A stretch of 64,000 nucleotides of DNA from Podospora anserina (lineage: Eukaryota), in assembly GCA_017654855.1 (NCBI GenBank), contig CM030334.1, positions 1,798,001 through 1,862,000 of the forward strand, in the 5' to 3' direction. Positions 1 through 15,504 of the stretch are shown here, one piece after another. Both the position numbers and the translations under genes were made by a program. A model generated the notes under the pieces. The model did not search any database, was not told the DNA's origin, and worked only from the letters and a program-made list of their open reading frames with translations. Positions within the stretch are counted from its first letter, which is position 1; every line of letters begins with the position of its first letter.

Positions 1-31
1 AAGCACCCTCACCTCTCACCTCATCGCAGCC

Positions 32-986
<955 letters not shown>

Positions 987-1560
987 TTGTGGGCGGATAT
1001 GATGATTACATGGCGTCACTTTATGTCTGATATGAACGGGGACGGGGATTCTTATGGCCATGGGGAGAGGATATGGATCTTGCTAAGCCTCCCGGGGATG
1101 CGTTCTACTAGCTTGTTTTTGTTGTCTACTGCTTTTACATACCTTTGCTGGTTGTTGGGATTTCTACAAATGGGTTTTCCGTTTTCCTTCGACCATCATT
1201 CAAGCATGGTTTTACGAGGCAGTTAGCTGATTGAACTGGGATAATACATTTTACTACTACTTACCACATTGTGATGTCTTGCGTCACCGGGTCATTGTAT
1301 CAAGACATTTTCTCTGCGGCCGAGACGTAGGCCAACTTCGGACGCCCCTTTTTGCAAGGCATCACTCAAAATACTTTTTTTCGTACCCTTTCTCCATCTG
1401 TCATTTTTTTTTAGTTTCGTTTCATGTTCCAGGCACGCGCAAGGTCCAAAAGTCGGGTCTTGGCTTCTCGACCTTCACAAGCAGCGGCGGCGAGGCCCCA
1501 GTGGCCCCTTGCTCCATACGGGAGTACCCCTCGCTCACCGCCTTGCACCATGCGACGCTA

Positions 1561-1575
1561 AGATAAGCCTTATCT
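1561..1575. promoter_or_regulatory. GATAAG/CTTATC palindrome upstream of BRX1
   Basis: agataagccttatct, ~220 bp upstream of the BRX1 ATG; similar motifs at 8823-8835 and ~54158-54183. Confidence 0.35.
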
Positions 1576-1797
1576 GGAGTGGGGCCGCGAATCAGTGGAC
1601 GAACTTTTTTTTGTTGGCTTGCTGCAGTGCCAATTGATGCTGCAGGCGACTGGCATCAACAGGAACAATAACTTTTTTTTTTTTGACAAGAACTTTGCGA
1701 CCGACGACAAACAACTCCCCACCCCGCCACCACCATCCACTTTGACGAAGGACGTTTGATACCCGAAATCGAGACGAGCAAAGAGAAAGAAACGAGG

Positions 1798-2898
1798 ATG
1801 GCAGCTGTTTACAAATCGCTGGCCAAGACCAGCAGCAAGGCTGACAAGATGGATATCGATGAGGATTCAAAGAGCAGCGGTAACGGGGTTAGGAAAAACA
1901 AGCAGAGGGTGTTGATCCTTTCCTCCAGAGGCGTTACCCATAGGTTTGTTGCACTTTTGCGCAAAAGAAGAAGAAGAGGAGCGGGAGGGTTGGCTAACGG
2001 GGGATGAATGAATGCGTAGACACCGACATCTTCTCAACGACCTGGCGGCTATGCTCCCCCACGGAAGGAAAGACGTCAAGTTTGACTCCAAGTCAAATTT
2101 GTACCAGCTGAACGAGCTGGCGGAGCTGTACAACTGCAACAATGTCATGTTTTTTGAGGCGCGCAAGGGGAAGGATTTGTATATGTGGTTCAGCAAGGTT
2201 CCTAATGGGCCGACGATTAAGTTTCATGCTCAGAATTGTGAGTTTTGCAGACATTGGATAGTAGAGGAAGGAGAACTGACAGTATAACTTGCGCAGTGCA
2301 CACAATGGAGGAACTCCACTTCCAAGGCAACTGCCTCAAGGGCTCGCGACCGATCCTCTCGTTTGACGCCACCTTTGAGACGGAACCGCACCTCCAGGTC
2401 ATCAAGGAGGTGTTTACACACATGTTTGGCGTGCCCGAGGGCACGCGCAAGTCCAAGCCGTTTGTTGATCACGTCATGGGGTTCAGCGTGGCGGATGGCA
2501 AGATTTGGATTCGCAACTATGAGATTCGGGAGGTGGCCAAGACGAAGGGGGATGATGGTGACGAGGAAGAGGAGGGTGCCACCAGCAAAAAGTCAAAGAA
2601 GGGCGGGCTCGACAGCAAGGAGACGGACATCAGCTTGATTGAGATTGGCCCGAGATTTGTCCTGACGCCGATTATCATCCAGGAGGGCGCTTTTGGCGGG
2701 CCGATTATTTATGAGAACAAGAGGTTCATCTCGCCGAACCATGTGCGGGCGGAGCTGAGGAAGAGCAAGGCGAGCAGGCATGTGGCGAGGCAGGAGCAGA
2801 CGAGGGATAATCTGGCGAGGAAAAGGAAGTTGGGGTTGGAGAATGGGGAGGCGTTTAAGGACAAGAGTGGGCTTGATACCCGGGAGTTGTTTGCTTAG
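1798..2898 (+). CDS. BRX1: Ribosome biogenesis protein Brx1 (Brix domain); introns 1944-2019 and 2238-2296
   Basis: KQRVLILSSRGVTHRHRHLLNDL, LNELAELYNCNN, PNGPTIKF, HTMEELHFQGNCLKGSRP, EIGPRFVLTP; the splice junctions restore one frame. Confidence 0.96.
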
Positions 2899-3593
2899 AG
2901 GAGGGGGGTGCTTTTCTATGGGATTCTGTACACAATGGCCATATCAAAATGGTCTCAAAGATGACAAGCGACGCCCTGGTCCCTGTGGTGAGCGGGTTGG
3001 TGTTGTAATTACCGGAGTGAAAGATGGTAAAATACTGTAATTGGCAGGGGGCTGCGGTAACGGTTACACGGGAGGCGCGGTTGAGTGACGTGCCGAGAGT
3101 TAATCTTGGGAAATGATAAACATCGGTCGCCCTCCTCCCTCGAGCGTGTGGTTTCGTGTTTTTTCCCCTTTTTCTTCTTCACTTTTTAGTGTGATATTTG
3201 AAGAGGAAACACCGAAAATTGAACATTTGCATCCGAAACGGCGCGATCATGGCGTTTATTCACCTTTATTGGCCGTCAACGGCGGCTACGATGCGGAACG
3301 GTGATGTTGTCACCACCACCACCACCAGCAGCGATACTGATATTACTCTCACTTTTGATAGCCCCAAGGGAGGGGTGGTTGTGCTTTGAGGATATCTGTT
3401 TGTCTTGCACGCCTCTGTGTTTTCAGGGGCGGGTGTGTGTGTTTCTTTTTCCTGTTGTATATCACTTGAGAGCGAGGAGTTTCTACCGAGATCTAGATTA
3501 CCACCTACACTAAAGGTCTATATAAATTGCCCAGACATCCGAAATGGTGAGTTCATCCCCAGTCAACATCTCCGGTGTGGTTGCTCACACAAG

Positions 3594-4804
3594 ATGAAGC
3601 TCTTCTCACAAATCGTCAGTCAACCAACGCCCATGGCTGCGCCTGTTGTTGAGACGGGACAGCAACGCCTCAAAGGGAGATTAGTTCTGGACGAGCTACC
3701 TGTCGAGATTGTCGTCGAGATTGCGACCAATCTCGACTTTGAGGGGTTCGGTAGCATGTTGGGTGTCAGCAGCTTCATGAGGTGCATCTTACAGAAATAT
3801 TGGAGGTATATCCTGTCTTCCATCATCGAACGGGAGTTCACGCCTGTGGGGTTGTTCTTTCGGGCATTTGAAACGGGTGAGGTAACTGGGGTTGGGAATA
3901 GGTCTGCGAGGGAGTGGTTGGGACGGTTGACGGGGGTTGGGGGTGGCCGTGATTGGAGGGATAGGGAGATGGACCGTATCATGAACTTTTGCCGGGGCGT
4001 CAAACTCTGGGAGGCGGAATTCCAACGGTTCAGATTCTACGACTGTGATGTTGGGGAAATGAGGTTGATGAATGGGAGGGAAAGGGAGCGGTTTAGGAGG
4101 GGGTTATTTATTTGGGATTGGTTTGCGAGGGTGCATCATGCTGGACGGCAGACCCGACGGACGGCGGAGCCGGTGGCGTTTATGAGGAGGTTTTCCACTA
4201 CGGAACTACATGAGTTGAATGATGTCTGGGAGACGGTTTGGGCTGCGGTGGGGAGGGAGGTTTGTCCTTCTGTTACGGCGGTTATGGAGGTGATTGGGGA
4301 TAGGTCGCTCGCGGAGGGGATTGGGTGGGGGGATGGGGAGGAGAATAGGCAGATTTTGGGGACGGTGATGAAATTGGGGCCGGGGGATTTGCTGAGGTTG
4401 TTGGTGGGGGGAGGGGGGAGGATTGGGGGGAGGGGGGGGTTGGTTAGGTGGATTAGGTTGAGTGAGCCTTGGTGAGTTGATCTTTAGAGTGATGCTGTGG
4501 GATGAGTGTTGACAACAACAGGATTGAGGATACTACCGAGGCGTTGAGCATGGCCGTCTTGAGTGTGAGGCATGAGAGGGAGAAGATGATGGGGATGGAG
4601 AGGTCGCCTTTTCCGGTGGAGGGGTTCCCTGGGAGGTACGGAGGTGTGCTTGATCATGAGATGGAGGAGAGTGAGGAGCTGAGGGTGGTTCATGGTGCTG
4701 ATGGGGGGAGGGAGGGGCCTTATTCCGGGCGATATATACGTGGCAGTGGGATTTTTCTTATTGGGGGCGTCAGGGTTGGCAGACTGGTTGCGGGTACGGA
4801 TTGA
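3594..4804 (+). CDS. F-box-like domain protein; intron 4472-4521; start uncertain (possible ATG micro-exon at 3544-3546)
   Basis: LDELPVEIVVEIATNLD F-box-like motif; a gtgagt..ttgac..cag intron joins ORF 3405-4475 in frame to ORF 4502-4804. Confidence 0.65.
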
Positions 4805-6013
4805 GAATGGATTGGTGTAGCTGGGGTTATAGAACAGGACGAGATTCGTTGGTCTCTTGGTGATCAGCTTCAGTCGAGTTGTTGATGGGGTATCTGGTGC
4901 TTTCAGTGAAGTGATAGAATATATCTTAACACACAATGAACCCAGAAAACCCAAGAAAATCATGATTTCAGTTACTCGGCGATAGCATCTGTGTTGGCCA
5001 CTTCGCAATGTGTGGTGAACCTGTGGCGGCCCCACCATAGGAGGCCATAAAAGCCAAATTTGAGAGCTCGCTCTTTCCCTACAGTGAACCCTGCAGTGCA
5101 ATAGATTGGTTAAGGTGTCTATCATGGAGATTTTTTAGTTTGATCAAAATGGTGATTTTTGTCGATAAAGAACAGAAAGGACTGGTTTCCTCAACTGCCT
5201 TTGCTCCAGCTTTGCTCATTATTCTGTGGTGGGGCTGTAGCGACTCTCAGTGGCAGGCGGTCCAGTGGTCTTCAGCGGTCACTAAGCCACTTACTCCAGA
5301 AACCAAACAATACCCCAAAACCACACTCATCATCACCCACGACCACCCACACAAGGCATGCGCCGCGCTCTTCATAGCTCAGTTATCCCATTATTTCAGC
5401 GAGGTACGTGTCTCTAGCATTCTGTTATTTTCTGAGGCCTGCTCAGAGCTCTGTGCGAGGAGTTTCGCACCGCAGCAACTGGCAGATCCAAGCAGCATCC
5501 CGTCTCATATCAGATCCATCCCCTTCTCGACGTACCCGTCAACATCAAACACCCGACGGCTTTCCAGCCAATATCCGACACTATTAGTAGTTACTACACT
5601 ACACGTGTATTCTGGAAATCGCCTCGAACAGAGATTTCTTTGCATTTTCTACTACCTAGAATCTGGTAAGGCAAGCATCGTTTGTTTGGGGCATGACCGG
5701 GAGACTGCTGCAAGTGCCAGCCTCCAGTCGTCTCATCTCCGACCAGTCTTTGACCATTTCATCTCACGCACTTGAAACGGGTCACGTAGCTGGGCACTGT
5801 GGTTATCATAGCCCTATATCCTTGCTCCTCTGCCTAGCTCATATCCTCAAGCCTTCTGCCTTGTTTGCCCTTGGCACCTATCTTTTCCACCTTCCTCGAC
5901 ACTACCTCTGTTTATCTTCAAGACTCGTCGCTAACAAAAGCCAGACAAACTTGCCAAGTTTACAACACCTTCGCTTCGCCTCTTCCATTTGCTGGCCAGG
6001 TCCTCGCGGCATC

Positions 6014-8357
6014 ATGGACGTTGACCAAGATGTTGTGATGGATGGGACCGCGGATGCGCCTTCTATACAGTCCGCCAATGGCTACTCAGAACCAACGTCC
6101 AAGTCGGGAGGGAGCTCTCTGGAGACACCAAACGGCCACAGCGCCGACAGCAGTGCCGAAGGGACATCTTCCAAGAGTGGCGAGCCTGGCTATCCTGAAC
6201 GTTTCCGACGAAAAGGGATCCTACCAACCGGTTGCTGTTACGATGACCGCATGAAGCTCCATGCCAACGCGGATTTCGGGCCAAACCCTCACCACCCAGA
6301 AGACCCATCGCGTATCGAGGTCATTATGAGGATCTTCAAAAAGCACGGTCTCCTGTTTACGGGAACAGATGCCGAGCTCATCGATGTCATTAACAACAGA
6401 CCAACCAGCTACATGTGGAGGATTCCTGCAAGGGAAGCGACAGAAGAAGAGATCCGTACTGTTCATAGAGTCGAACATTTCAACTGGGTCAAGGCTCTGT
6501 CCACCAAGACCACGCACGAACTCCGCGATATCTCAGCCATGATGGACCAAGGTCGTGAGTCCCTCTATGTTGGTAGTATGACATACGAGGCCTCTCTGAT
6601 CTCGGCCGGTGGTGCCATCGAAACCTGCAAGGCTGTCGTTACCGGCACCGTCAAGAATGCCTTCGCTGTTATCCGACCACCAGGACATCACGCCGAGTAC
6701 GACCAGCCTATGGGTTTCTGTTTGTTCAACAACGTACCGATTGCGGCCAAAGTCTGCCAGAAGGAGTACCCCGACATTTGCCGCCGCGTCATGATTCTCG
6801 ATTGGGATGTCCACCACGGCAACGGCATTCAGAACATGTTTTACGAGGATCCCAACATTCTCTACATATCTTTGCATGTTTACAAGAACGGAGACTTTTA
6901 CCCAGGAAAGCCTGATAACCCCATGATTCCGGATGGCGGGATGGAGCAATGCGGTGCTGGAAACGGGCTCGGCAAGAACATCAACATCGCGTGGCACGAC
7001 CAGGGCATGGGCGATGGCGAGTACATGGCGGCATTCCAAAAGATTGTTATGCCAATTGGCCACGAGTTCAACCCCGACCTGGTTATCATTTCTGCCGGTT
7101 TCGATGCTGCCGCCGGAGATGAGCTCGGCGCTTGCTTCGTGTCGCCTGCCTGTTACGCTCACATGACACACATGTTGATGTCTCTGGCGGGCGGCAAGGT
7201 TGCCGTTTGTTTGGAGGGTGGTTACAATCTGATTGCCATCTCCAAATCGGCCCTGGCTGTCGCTCAAACCCTCATGGGCGAACCACCCCCGCAGATGCAG
7301 ATTCCAAGAATCAGCAAGGAAGCCAGCAAAGTCCTGGCCAAGGTCCAAGCTTACCAGGCTCCCTATTGGGAGTGCATGCGGCCGGGCATCATCGACGTTA
7401 CAGAGATGACCAAGAACGACTCGTCTCGCCTGCACGACGTGATCAGATCATCACAAAAAGAGAAGTTATCCAAGTACGGCATGCTCCCGTTGTATATCCA
7501 ACGAGACATCATCTTTAGGTCATTTGAGAACCAAGTGTTGGTGACGAAGGGCGTGCAGTCCGCGAAGAAGCTGCTGTTGATTGTACATGACCCTCCCGAG
7601 CTGCATGGGCAGCCGGATCCCCTTGATAACTCTCTCGAGCCACACAATTCTTGGGTCGTGAGTTTGCCTGTATCTTGTAGCAACCTGGAGAGATGACTAA
7701 CTTTGTGCAGTCTGATGGTGTGGCCAAGTACATTGACTGGGCTTGCAACAATGACTTTGGGGTGATTGATATCAACGTCCCCCACTACATTACCCGAACA
7801 GACGACACGGAGCACTTCACGCCGAGAATGGACGAGAAGACTCTCCAAATGCATCTTCAAGAGCTGATGTGTTACATCTGGGACAACTACCTCCAGCTCT
7901 ACGACGGGGCAGACGAGATCTACCTGATGGGGGTGGGTAATGCCTACCTCGGGATCAAGGTCCTGTTGATCAACAGAAGTGAGTATTCCCCTCCATATCT
8001 CACGACTACCACACTGCTAACTCTGATACAGACGTCCGCAACCGAATCGCTGGCATAGTAAACTTTGTGGACGGCAGTCTCCGGCCTGTCAAGTCGGACG
8101 TGGACGAGGACTTGTCGTCATGGTACAAGGACAACTCACAGGTCTATGTTGCCAACGACCACGCCTGCTGGTCGGACCCGGATCTTACTAGGAAGGTGAT
8201 GAAGAGGCGGTTCGGGAATGCCATCAGGAGCGAGGTGAATGGGTTGGCGCCGATGATGGATAGGCATTTTAAGGATGTGCTGCGGTTTATTGCTGAGCAG
8301 GCGAGGAAGCTTCACGGGGGGGAGACGACGGAGGATGAGGGGAATAGGAGGGGGTGA
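6014..8357 (+). CDS. HDA1: Class II histone deacetylase Hda1/Clr3; introns 7658-7710 and 7979-8031
   Basis: HPEDPSRI, RPPGHHA, GFCLFNNV, DWDVHHGNG, SAGFDAA and LEGGY motifs, plus an Arb2-like C-terminal region. Confidence 0.97.
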
Positions 8358-8791
8358 GGGGGTTGGTTTTTTTTCTTTTTTTTCTTTTTGTCTTTTTTTT
8401 CTTTTTTTTCTCTTGGTTTTTTTCCCCTCCATCAGAGAGCGAGGAGTGGCTGGGGTGGTGGATAACCGCAGCGTAGGCAAGTTTGGTTTTAACGGATGGG
8501 GGTAGGAGGGATGTGGAAGGTGGTGTTTGCTAGTACAGCGAGGGTAATATTTGGGATTAAGTGTATACTGGATCTAGTATTGAGTCGTCTGTTGTGTTTT
8601 TTATGATGTGGTGGTTTTGTGTGTTTTGCAATCATGCGTGGTGATGTTGGACGGGTGTTTTTGGCAAGCTGTGGATGAAATCACTGGTGCTGCAAAAGAA
8701 AGTCAAAAGGCCATCTTTCGAGGTATATTTCTCTTTTTGAAAGGTATAAGTTAACCGTGATTACACAGGTGTTGGGTGTGGGAATGGCAAG

Positions 8792-8910
8792 AACCCTAAC
8801 CCTTTCAGGTGCAACAGAAAGGCTTATCAGATAAAAAAGGTTTTTCTTGGCGGCGTCTGTGCCTCGTCGCGTCGGCGGCGCGCGCCACGCTGGACACAGA
8901 GAAAAATTGT
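8792..8910 (+). promoter_or_regulatory. Probable promoter of the Arg/Ser-rich gene (telobox AACCCTAACCCT, CTTATC/GATAA, CGCG-rich stretch)
   Basis: Motif cluster ~130-250 bp upstream of the proposed ATG at 9044. Confidence 0.4.
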
Positions 8911-9043
8911 GGGGCGCTGCTGGCTTTCTTGAACGACATTTGGGAAGAGCTGACTGCGAGGCTGAACCTTCTTGATATTGTTTTTGTGTTGTTTTGATAA
9001 CGAACGTTTGAAGATTACGGAATTGAAGAGATATATTGATATC

Positions 9044-12000
9044 ATGGAGCGTAGTAGGAGGTATGTGGGCTTTTCTTTGCAGTGCTGTTGTTGTTGGATC
9101 TCGAGTGAGATGGATGGGTGGCGGTGGGTGATATGGGGGAGCAGGATGGAGGAGTCATTGGGACAGTAGGGGGATGATGGAAGACATTAGGGATTGATGG
9201 GGTGGTTGGGAGGTATTGTTGATGTCGGCGTCGAGTGGTGGGTGGAGGGTTGGCGGTGTTGGGAGCAACTGGCAGCGGAGGGTTGTCGGTGCTGGGAGCA
9301 ATTGGCAGCAGCATCGTCGGGTAATGGGACGACGACGGGGCAGGGACATCGAAGGGGAGAGGTAATTCAAGGCCCCCATTGGGGGGATGAAAGTTTTTTT
9401 CTGCCAACACGCTACGACAGCCTGGAGGAGATGTCTTGACAGCTTCGACCGCAACTTTCACCACCAACGACCTTCACATTGAAGACAGCATCTACTTGCG
9501 TCTACATCACATCAGTCTTCCATCTCGGTCAGCTTCAGCCTTAGCGACGACTCACTTACACCATTACCCTCCTCGACTTGCTCACACCTGACCGCGCGAG
9601 GCTCTCATCTGTTGGTGTGTGCCGTCACCACCAGTCGCAGGTTGACTAGACCTCTTCATCCTACATCCTACCAGAACACCGCGCTTCATCTACATTCGAG
9701 CAAGCGAGTATTATCTCATCATCCCGACAGCTGCTTGGATCACGGCTTTCACCTTAGAAAAGGACCTCAATAGCCCGACATCCTCTCGTCTGTTTCCTCA
9801 GTTGAACGACGAGCAGCCCACCGGCGAAGGGTTGTCCTGATCAGTCGTGTCATTCCCAACATCTATCACTTCATTGCGCCGCCCTTTCTCTCAATTCATT
9901 GGGTGAAAGCTACCTCGCACGGCGAGTTATTTACCTCATCAAGTGGAAGATATCCATCTTGGAATATGTAAGTGTGCCTTCTTCCCTCTAGAAAAGGCGT
10001 GGACTGACATTTCATCAGGTATTCCCAATCTCATCACGAAGCTCGCGAGCACACGACGCTTCCAGTATCAAACCTCCATTGACCCCCGCGCGCCCGTCAC
10101 TCGAGCAAGCAATTTTTTGGTGACCTACGAACTGAGCAGCGCGAGCAAACGACGCTTTTCGGCCTGTCGTGCTTCTATTCCGGCTTCAAGTCTCCAAGAG
10201 TCGCCTTCGAACATTCTATTTTCACCGTTCAAGTCGAACAAGATGACCCAACCGAGTCTCCAAAGGTTATCTCGGAGTATCTCTCCAACATCAACATACA
10301 ATCCCCCAAGGGCAATGTTCAGCCTGGCCCTGCTACCATCAACAGTGCTATGCCCGCCCATACGGCCGTTGCTTCTACATCCAATGACGCTCCCAGCGCC
10401 GCTACCGTGGCAGCTCAGTCGCGCCTGGAGATGCGGCTCAAGTTCTGCTTGGACGGTACTTTCGAGAAGATTGCAGGGGCTCCTCGGGCGTTCTTCAGAG
10501 ACAATCGCTCAATGACTGATTCCCAGCTTGCCAAAGTGGTGGCTCGGATGGAGCTCCCGGTTGCTTATGAGAAGCCCGCTGTCACTGGTGTTTCTCTGCC
10601 TCCAGATGAGACCACCTCAACCACCGAAGAGAACACGGCTGTTGATGTTGGCGCGTCAGCTTTGCCCATCAAGTCGATGAACACTGAAAGCTTCAAGGCT
10701 GCCACTGCTGGAACAAAGTTGCCTGGTCCAGTTGACAAGAACGTTGGATAGAAGCCAATCAACACGAACATCACCCCAGCTCATATTGGCAACCTTGCTG
10801 CGATGGACGAGACTTTGAATCAGTTTCTTCTCGCAGCAGATCGGCCCATAAGCGTCGCAAGTGGAGCTTTGACGAAGATGAGGAAGCTCTCGTCGACATC
10901 AAGCAGAGAAGTGAAGAGTTTTATCGTCAGATAGAACCTGTCAATCGCCGCACACGTCGCTCGGGATCCTCTTTCTATTACGTGGAGCTAGCTGTGGATG
11001 ATGAGGAGTTGTAGGCGGGTCATGGATTCATCAGCAACATCCGGTGATCAGAACGAACATGTCGACTTCGAGTTACTGGACCAAACAGGTGTCCATTTCG
11101 TGCAGGCTTAGGTTTTATTAGGTGGAAGGATGACGGCGTGGGGAGTGAGTGGGAATCACTGCTATCAGTTCAGGGAGATTCTTTCAGGGACCTCGGTGAA
11201 TTTTAGCTAGCTTAGCTCTCAGTGGAGCTCTCGTGGTTTTCACTTTTCATACGTCTTTCTTTTGTTCATGTGTTTTTTTCTTCGTATTTTTTTGTGCCGA
11301 TTTTTTTCTCGTTGATCAGGGCGTTGATACTGACGATCGCGACGACAGATACGAGGACGGCGAAGTCAGAAGGTACGGTGCAGGTGAATCTTATCGACCT
11401 TACAACCGTGACCGATCACCTCCCCCACGACCACGCAGTCCCATGAGGGATCGCGGTCGCACCCCGCCGGGAGGTCCCGACAGCTATGTCCCCGGCAGAC
11501 CGTCTCCTCGACGCAGGTCACGCAGTGTTGATCGCTTCCGCGACAGATCAAGAGATCGTGGTGCCCCTCAGCGTTGGCGTCGTAGCAGAAGCCGAGGAAG
11601 AACCGACTTGCATCGTGGTTCTCCAAGAAGAAGCCCAATGAGAAGATCGCCGCCTCCCCGGTTCATGTCTCCTCGGCGAGACGACCGCCGTGATGACCGG
11701 CGAGATGACCGGCGCGACATTGACAGAAGAGACGATCGCCGAGATGACAGGCGATTTGACGACAGAAGAGATGATCGCAGAGACGACAGAAGAGATGATC
11801 GAGATGAGCGCCCTCGTTCTCCTCTCCCGCGTCGCGACTTGGACATCAGGTGAGCATAACTTCTTTATTTTCGACTTTTTGAGCAAGCTTTTAGTAACTC
11901 TTGTGTGGTAACAGACGCAGGTCCCGCTCGCCTTTTGACAGAGACAGAATTCGCCGGGATCGTTCTCCCCCTCTGAGACGTTCTCCTCCAGCCGGTCCCC

Positions 12001-13274
12001 GCGGCGGAGGTTCTTATCGTCCTCGCTCTCGTTCTCCGGAACGTCGAGACCCTCGCGATGACAGATATCCTCCTGCTGCCTCGACCTTCCGTCGCCAGTC
12101 ACCGCCGCCCCGGGATTCCGTCAACACTTCGGTGATCAACTCTCGCAGCGGCTCTGGTAGATCCTCTCCGCGGCCTCCTTCTCGTCGTGGCCGGGACGAT
12201 CGGTCTCGACCTCAGTCTCCCGCGCCCAGGTCTCCGCCTCGTCCGCCCTCCATGAGAGCGCCAACTCCCGTACAAACTTCGGCTCCTCCCCCGCCTAGAG
12301 AGACCCCCAGACAGGCCCCCCCGCAGCCCTCGCCACAGCAGCCTGTCCAGTTGACTATGCAGCCAGCCCCAAGGCCAGCGGCTACAGAGATCAATTCTAC
12401 TCCCATGCGCTCTCCTCCCCGGGCCCCGGCAGCGCTTAGAGCCCCTCCCACCGGCCCGGCCGCCTCCCGCAACTTCACCTCCCCCGTGGCACCCATCCCG
12501 CAACACTCGACCCCTCAAATCCCCCCGAGCGGCCCAGCCCGGGATACTACTAGTCCTAGCATCCCGCCCTCCGGACCCCGCGGCTACATCGCTCCCTCCC
12601 CCAGAGGCAACTTCACCCCTCGCAACAGCATCGGCGGAGGAGGCCGCGGCATCAACCCTTCCTCCTCCTGGGGCCCGCCCAACTCTGTCTCTAGGAACAA
12701 CAACCACCCCTCCCATCTTCCACCTCGACAAACCTCCTCCCCTACCATCCCCACCCCGACCGGTCCCTCCTCCATCCCGACAGGTCCCCGCTCAGCAGGG
12801 GGTAGCATCTCGGGCCCCTCCCACAACGGCCCCCCCTCCACCGGCGTAGCCTCCCCCTCCCCCTCCACCCCCTCCATCTCCCTCCCCCCTCCTACCGGCC
12901 CCTCCGCTGGTGTCAACACCAACAGGCCGTTCAACCCCCCCACCGGGCCCGCCTTATCCTCCCCGCAACCCCCTCGCGCGACGCTGGCTCAGAATCTGAT
13001 GAGTACCTTGCCCCCTCTCCTTCCCCCGGGCAGTGGCGGGAAATTAGACCACTCAATGGCAACAATAGACGAAAAGGACCCCCACTACAGAAAAATGAAA
13101 GAAGACGAGGAAAGGCTGAGGGAGGAGTTGAAGGTGCGACAAGAAAAATTAAGGAAGAGCATGAGGGTGTGGGACCGGATGGAGAGGGAGAGTAAGGGGT
13201 GCGAGTTGAAGAGTGAGCTGAGTGAGAGGAGTTTGAGGGGGCTGAGTGGGGAGGGGCAGGGAGGTGCGTTTTAG
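9044..13274 (+). CDS. Arg/Ser/Asp-rich (SR-repeat) protein with a Pro-rich middle and C-terminal coiled coil; proposed exons 9044-9060, 11349-11849, 11915-13274
   Basis: RS and RRDD repeats, PPTGP repeats, C-terminal coiled coil; ATGGAGCGTAGTAGGAG|gtatgt joined to tactgac..cag|ATACGAG reads MERSRRYEDGEVRRYG in frame. The first exon is an inference. Confidence 0.75.
10019..11013 (+). pseudogene. Decayed unknown ORF nested in the proposed long first intron
   Basis: Coding-like frame (includes ORF 10350-10751) broken by stops and frameshifts, preceded by a clean mini-intron at 9968-10018 (gtaagt..actgac..cag). Confidence 0.3.
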
Positions 13275-14257
13275 GCGGTTGGTTATGGGGGTGGTGATGG
13301 TGGAGGAATCATTGGTGTGTAAGGTCAAGTTGACGATGGCTGTGTGGTCATGATATCCAACGACATCTCACTGAAAACAAGAGAGAGAGAGAGAGAGAGG
13401 GAGAGAGAATGTGGGATATTGTCCGCCAAGAGAAGATGGTAACGGAGGGGGGGTGTTGTTGGGGGAGGGGAGGGAAAATTGGAAGGTGTTGTCTGCTGCT
13501 TTCTTACACAACCGGGATGAACTGGCTGGGTTAGACCCCGTGGACATCAACGTAGTTGTCTCAGGAGATCAACAGCAAAGTGGACAACAAAATGTGATCA
13601 GGCAAAGCAGACAACAAACATGGAGAAATCATAACTAAAGAGAAAGAAAGAGAGAAAGGAGAAAGGGCGTTGGTTTTTCGTGATGATTACTGTACATATT
13701 TTAATAGAGCTTGATGTAATAATCCTGTCGGGCTTTTCCAACTTGTGATCTGAGGTGGTTTCTTCTCTGCTGGACCCCAAGCTCGAAATAAAAATCATCA
13801 TGGCTCTAACACCAGTCTCAACTTCCTAAGCAAGGATCATCCTTCCGTTGCCTTCCCCTCCACTCACCATGGTACGTGGTCTTCAAGATCCGGCATAGAA
13901 CTTGTGATTTCCTCAACTATCAAGGTTCAAAAGATACAGCACCAGATGCTGTGCTGATGGGGATGTGTTTCTACAGCTACGTACCAATGGCACCTTTTAG
14001 ACTACCACGGACAAACATCAACGAAAAGATGGACAACATATAAGGATCCTCGGGGTCATCCAGTTCGCACAGCGCACAATCATAGTCAAGTAAAAACCAC
14101 AAAATGTACTTCTAAAGCTTCATGGTATATTTTGCTACCTAGGCTCCAAACGCAACCCAAACCCATTTTCAGTCGAGCGTGTCGTCTTCATCTAGGAAAA
14201 AGGGCACACAAAGCGCGCACCCATCACCAACTACAGTCTCGCGGGGACGCAACCGAG

Positions 14258-15504
<1,247 letters not shown>

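Noticed and set aside
5693..6013. N-terminal extension of the HDA1 ORF
   Set aside because: Looks like UTR/intron sequence; the ATG at 6014 has good context and begins plausible protein.
8792..8803. AACCCTAACCCT as a telomerase RNA template or telomere remnant
   Set aside because: Only two repeats and no convincing pseudoknot; its position upstream of the proposed 9044 start fits a promoter telobox better.
9244..9309. 33-bp direct repeat (two copies) suggesting a minus-strand gene at 9042-9467
   Set aside because: The repeat is real, but the ORF is low-complexity with no recognisable domain and lies within the proposed intron.
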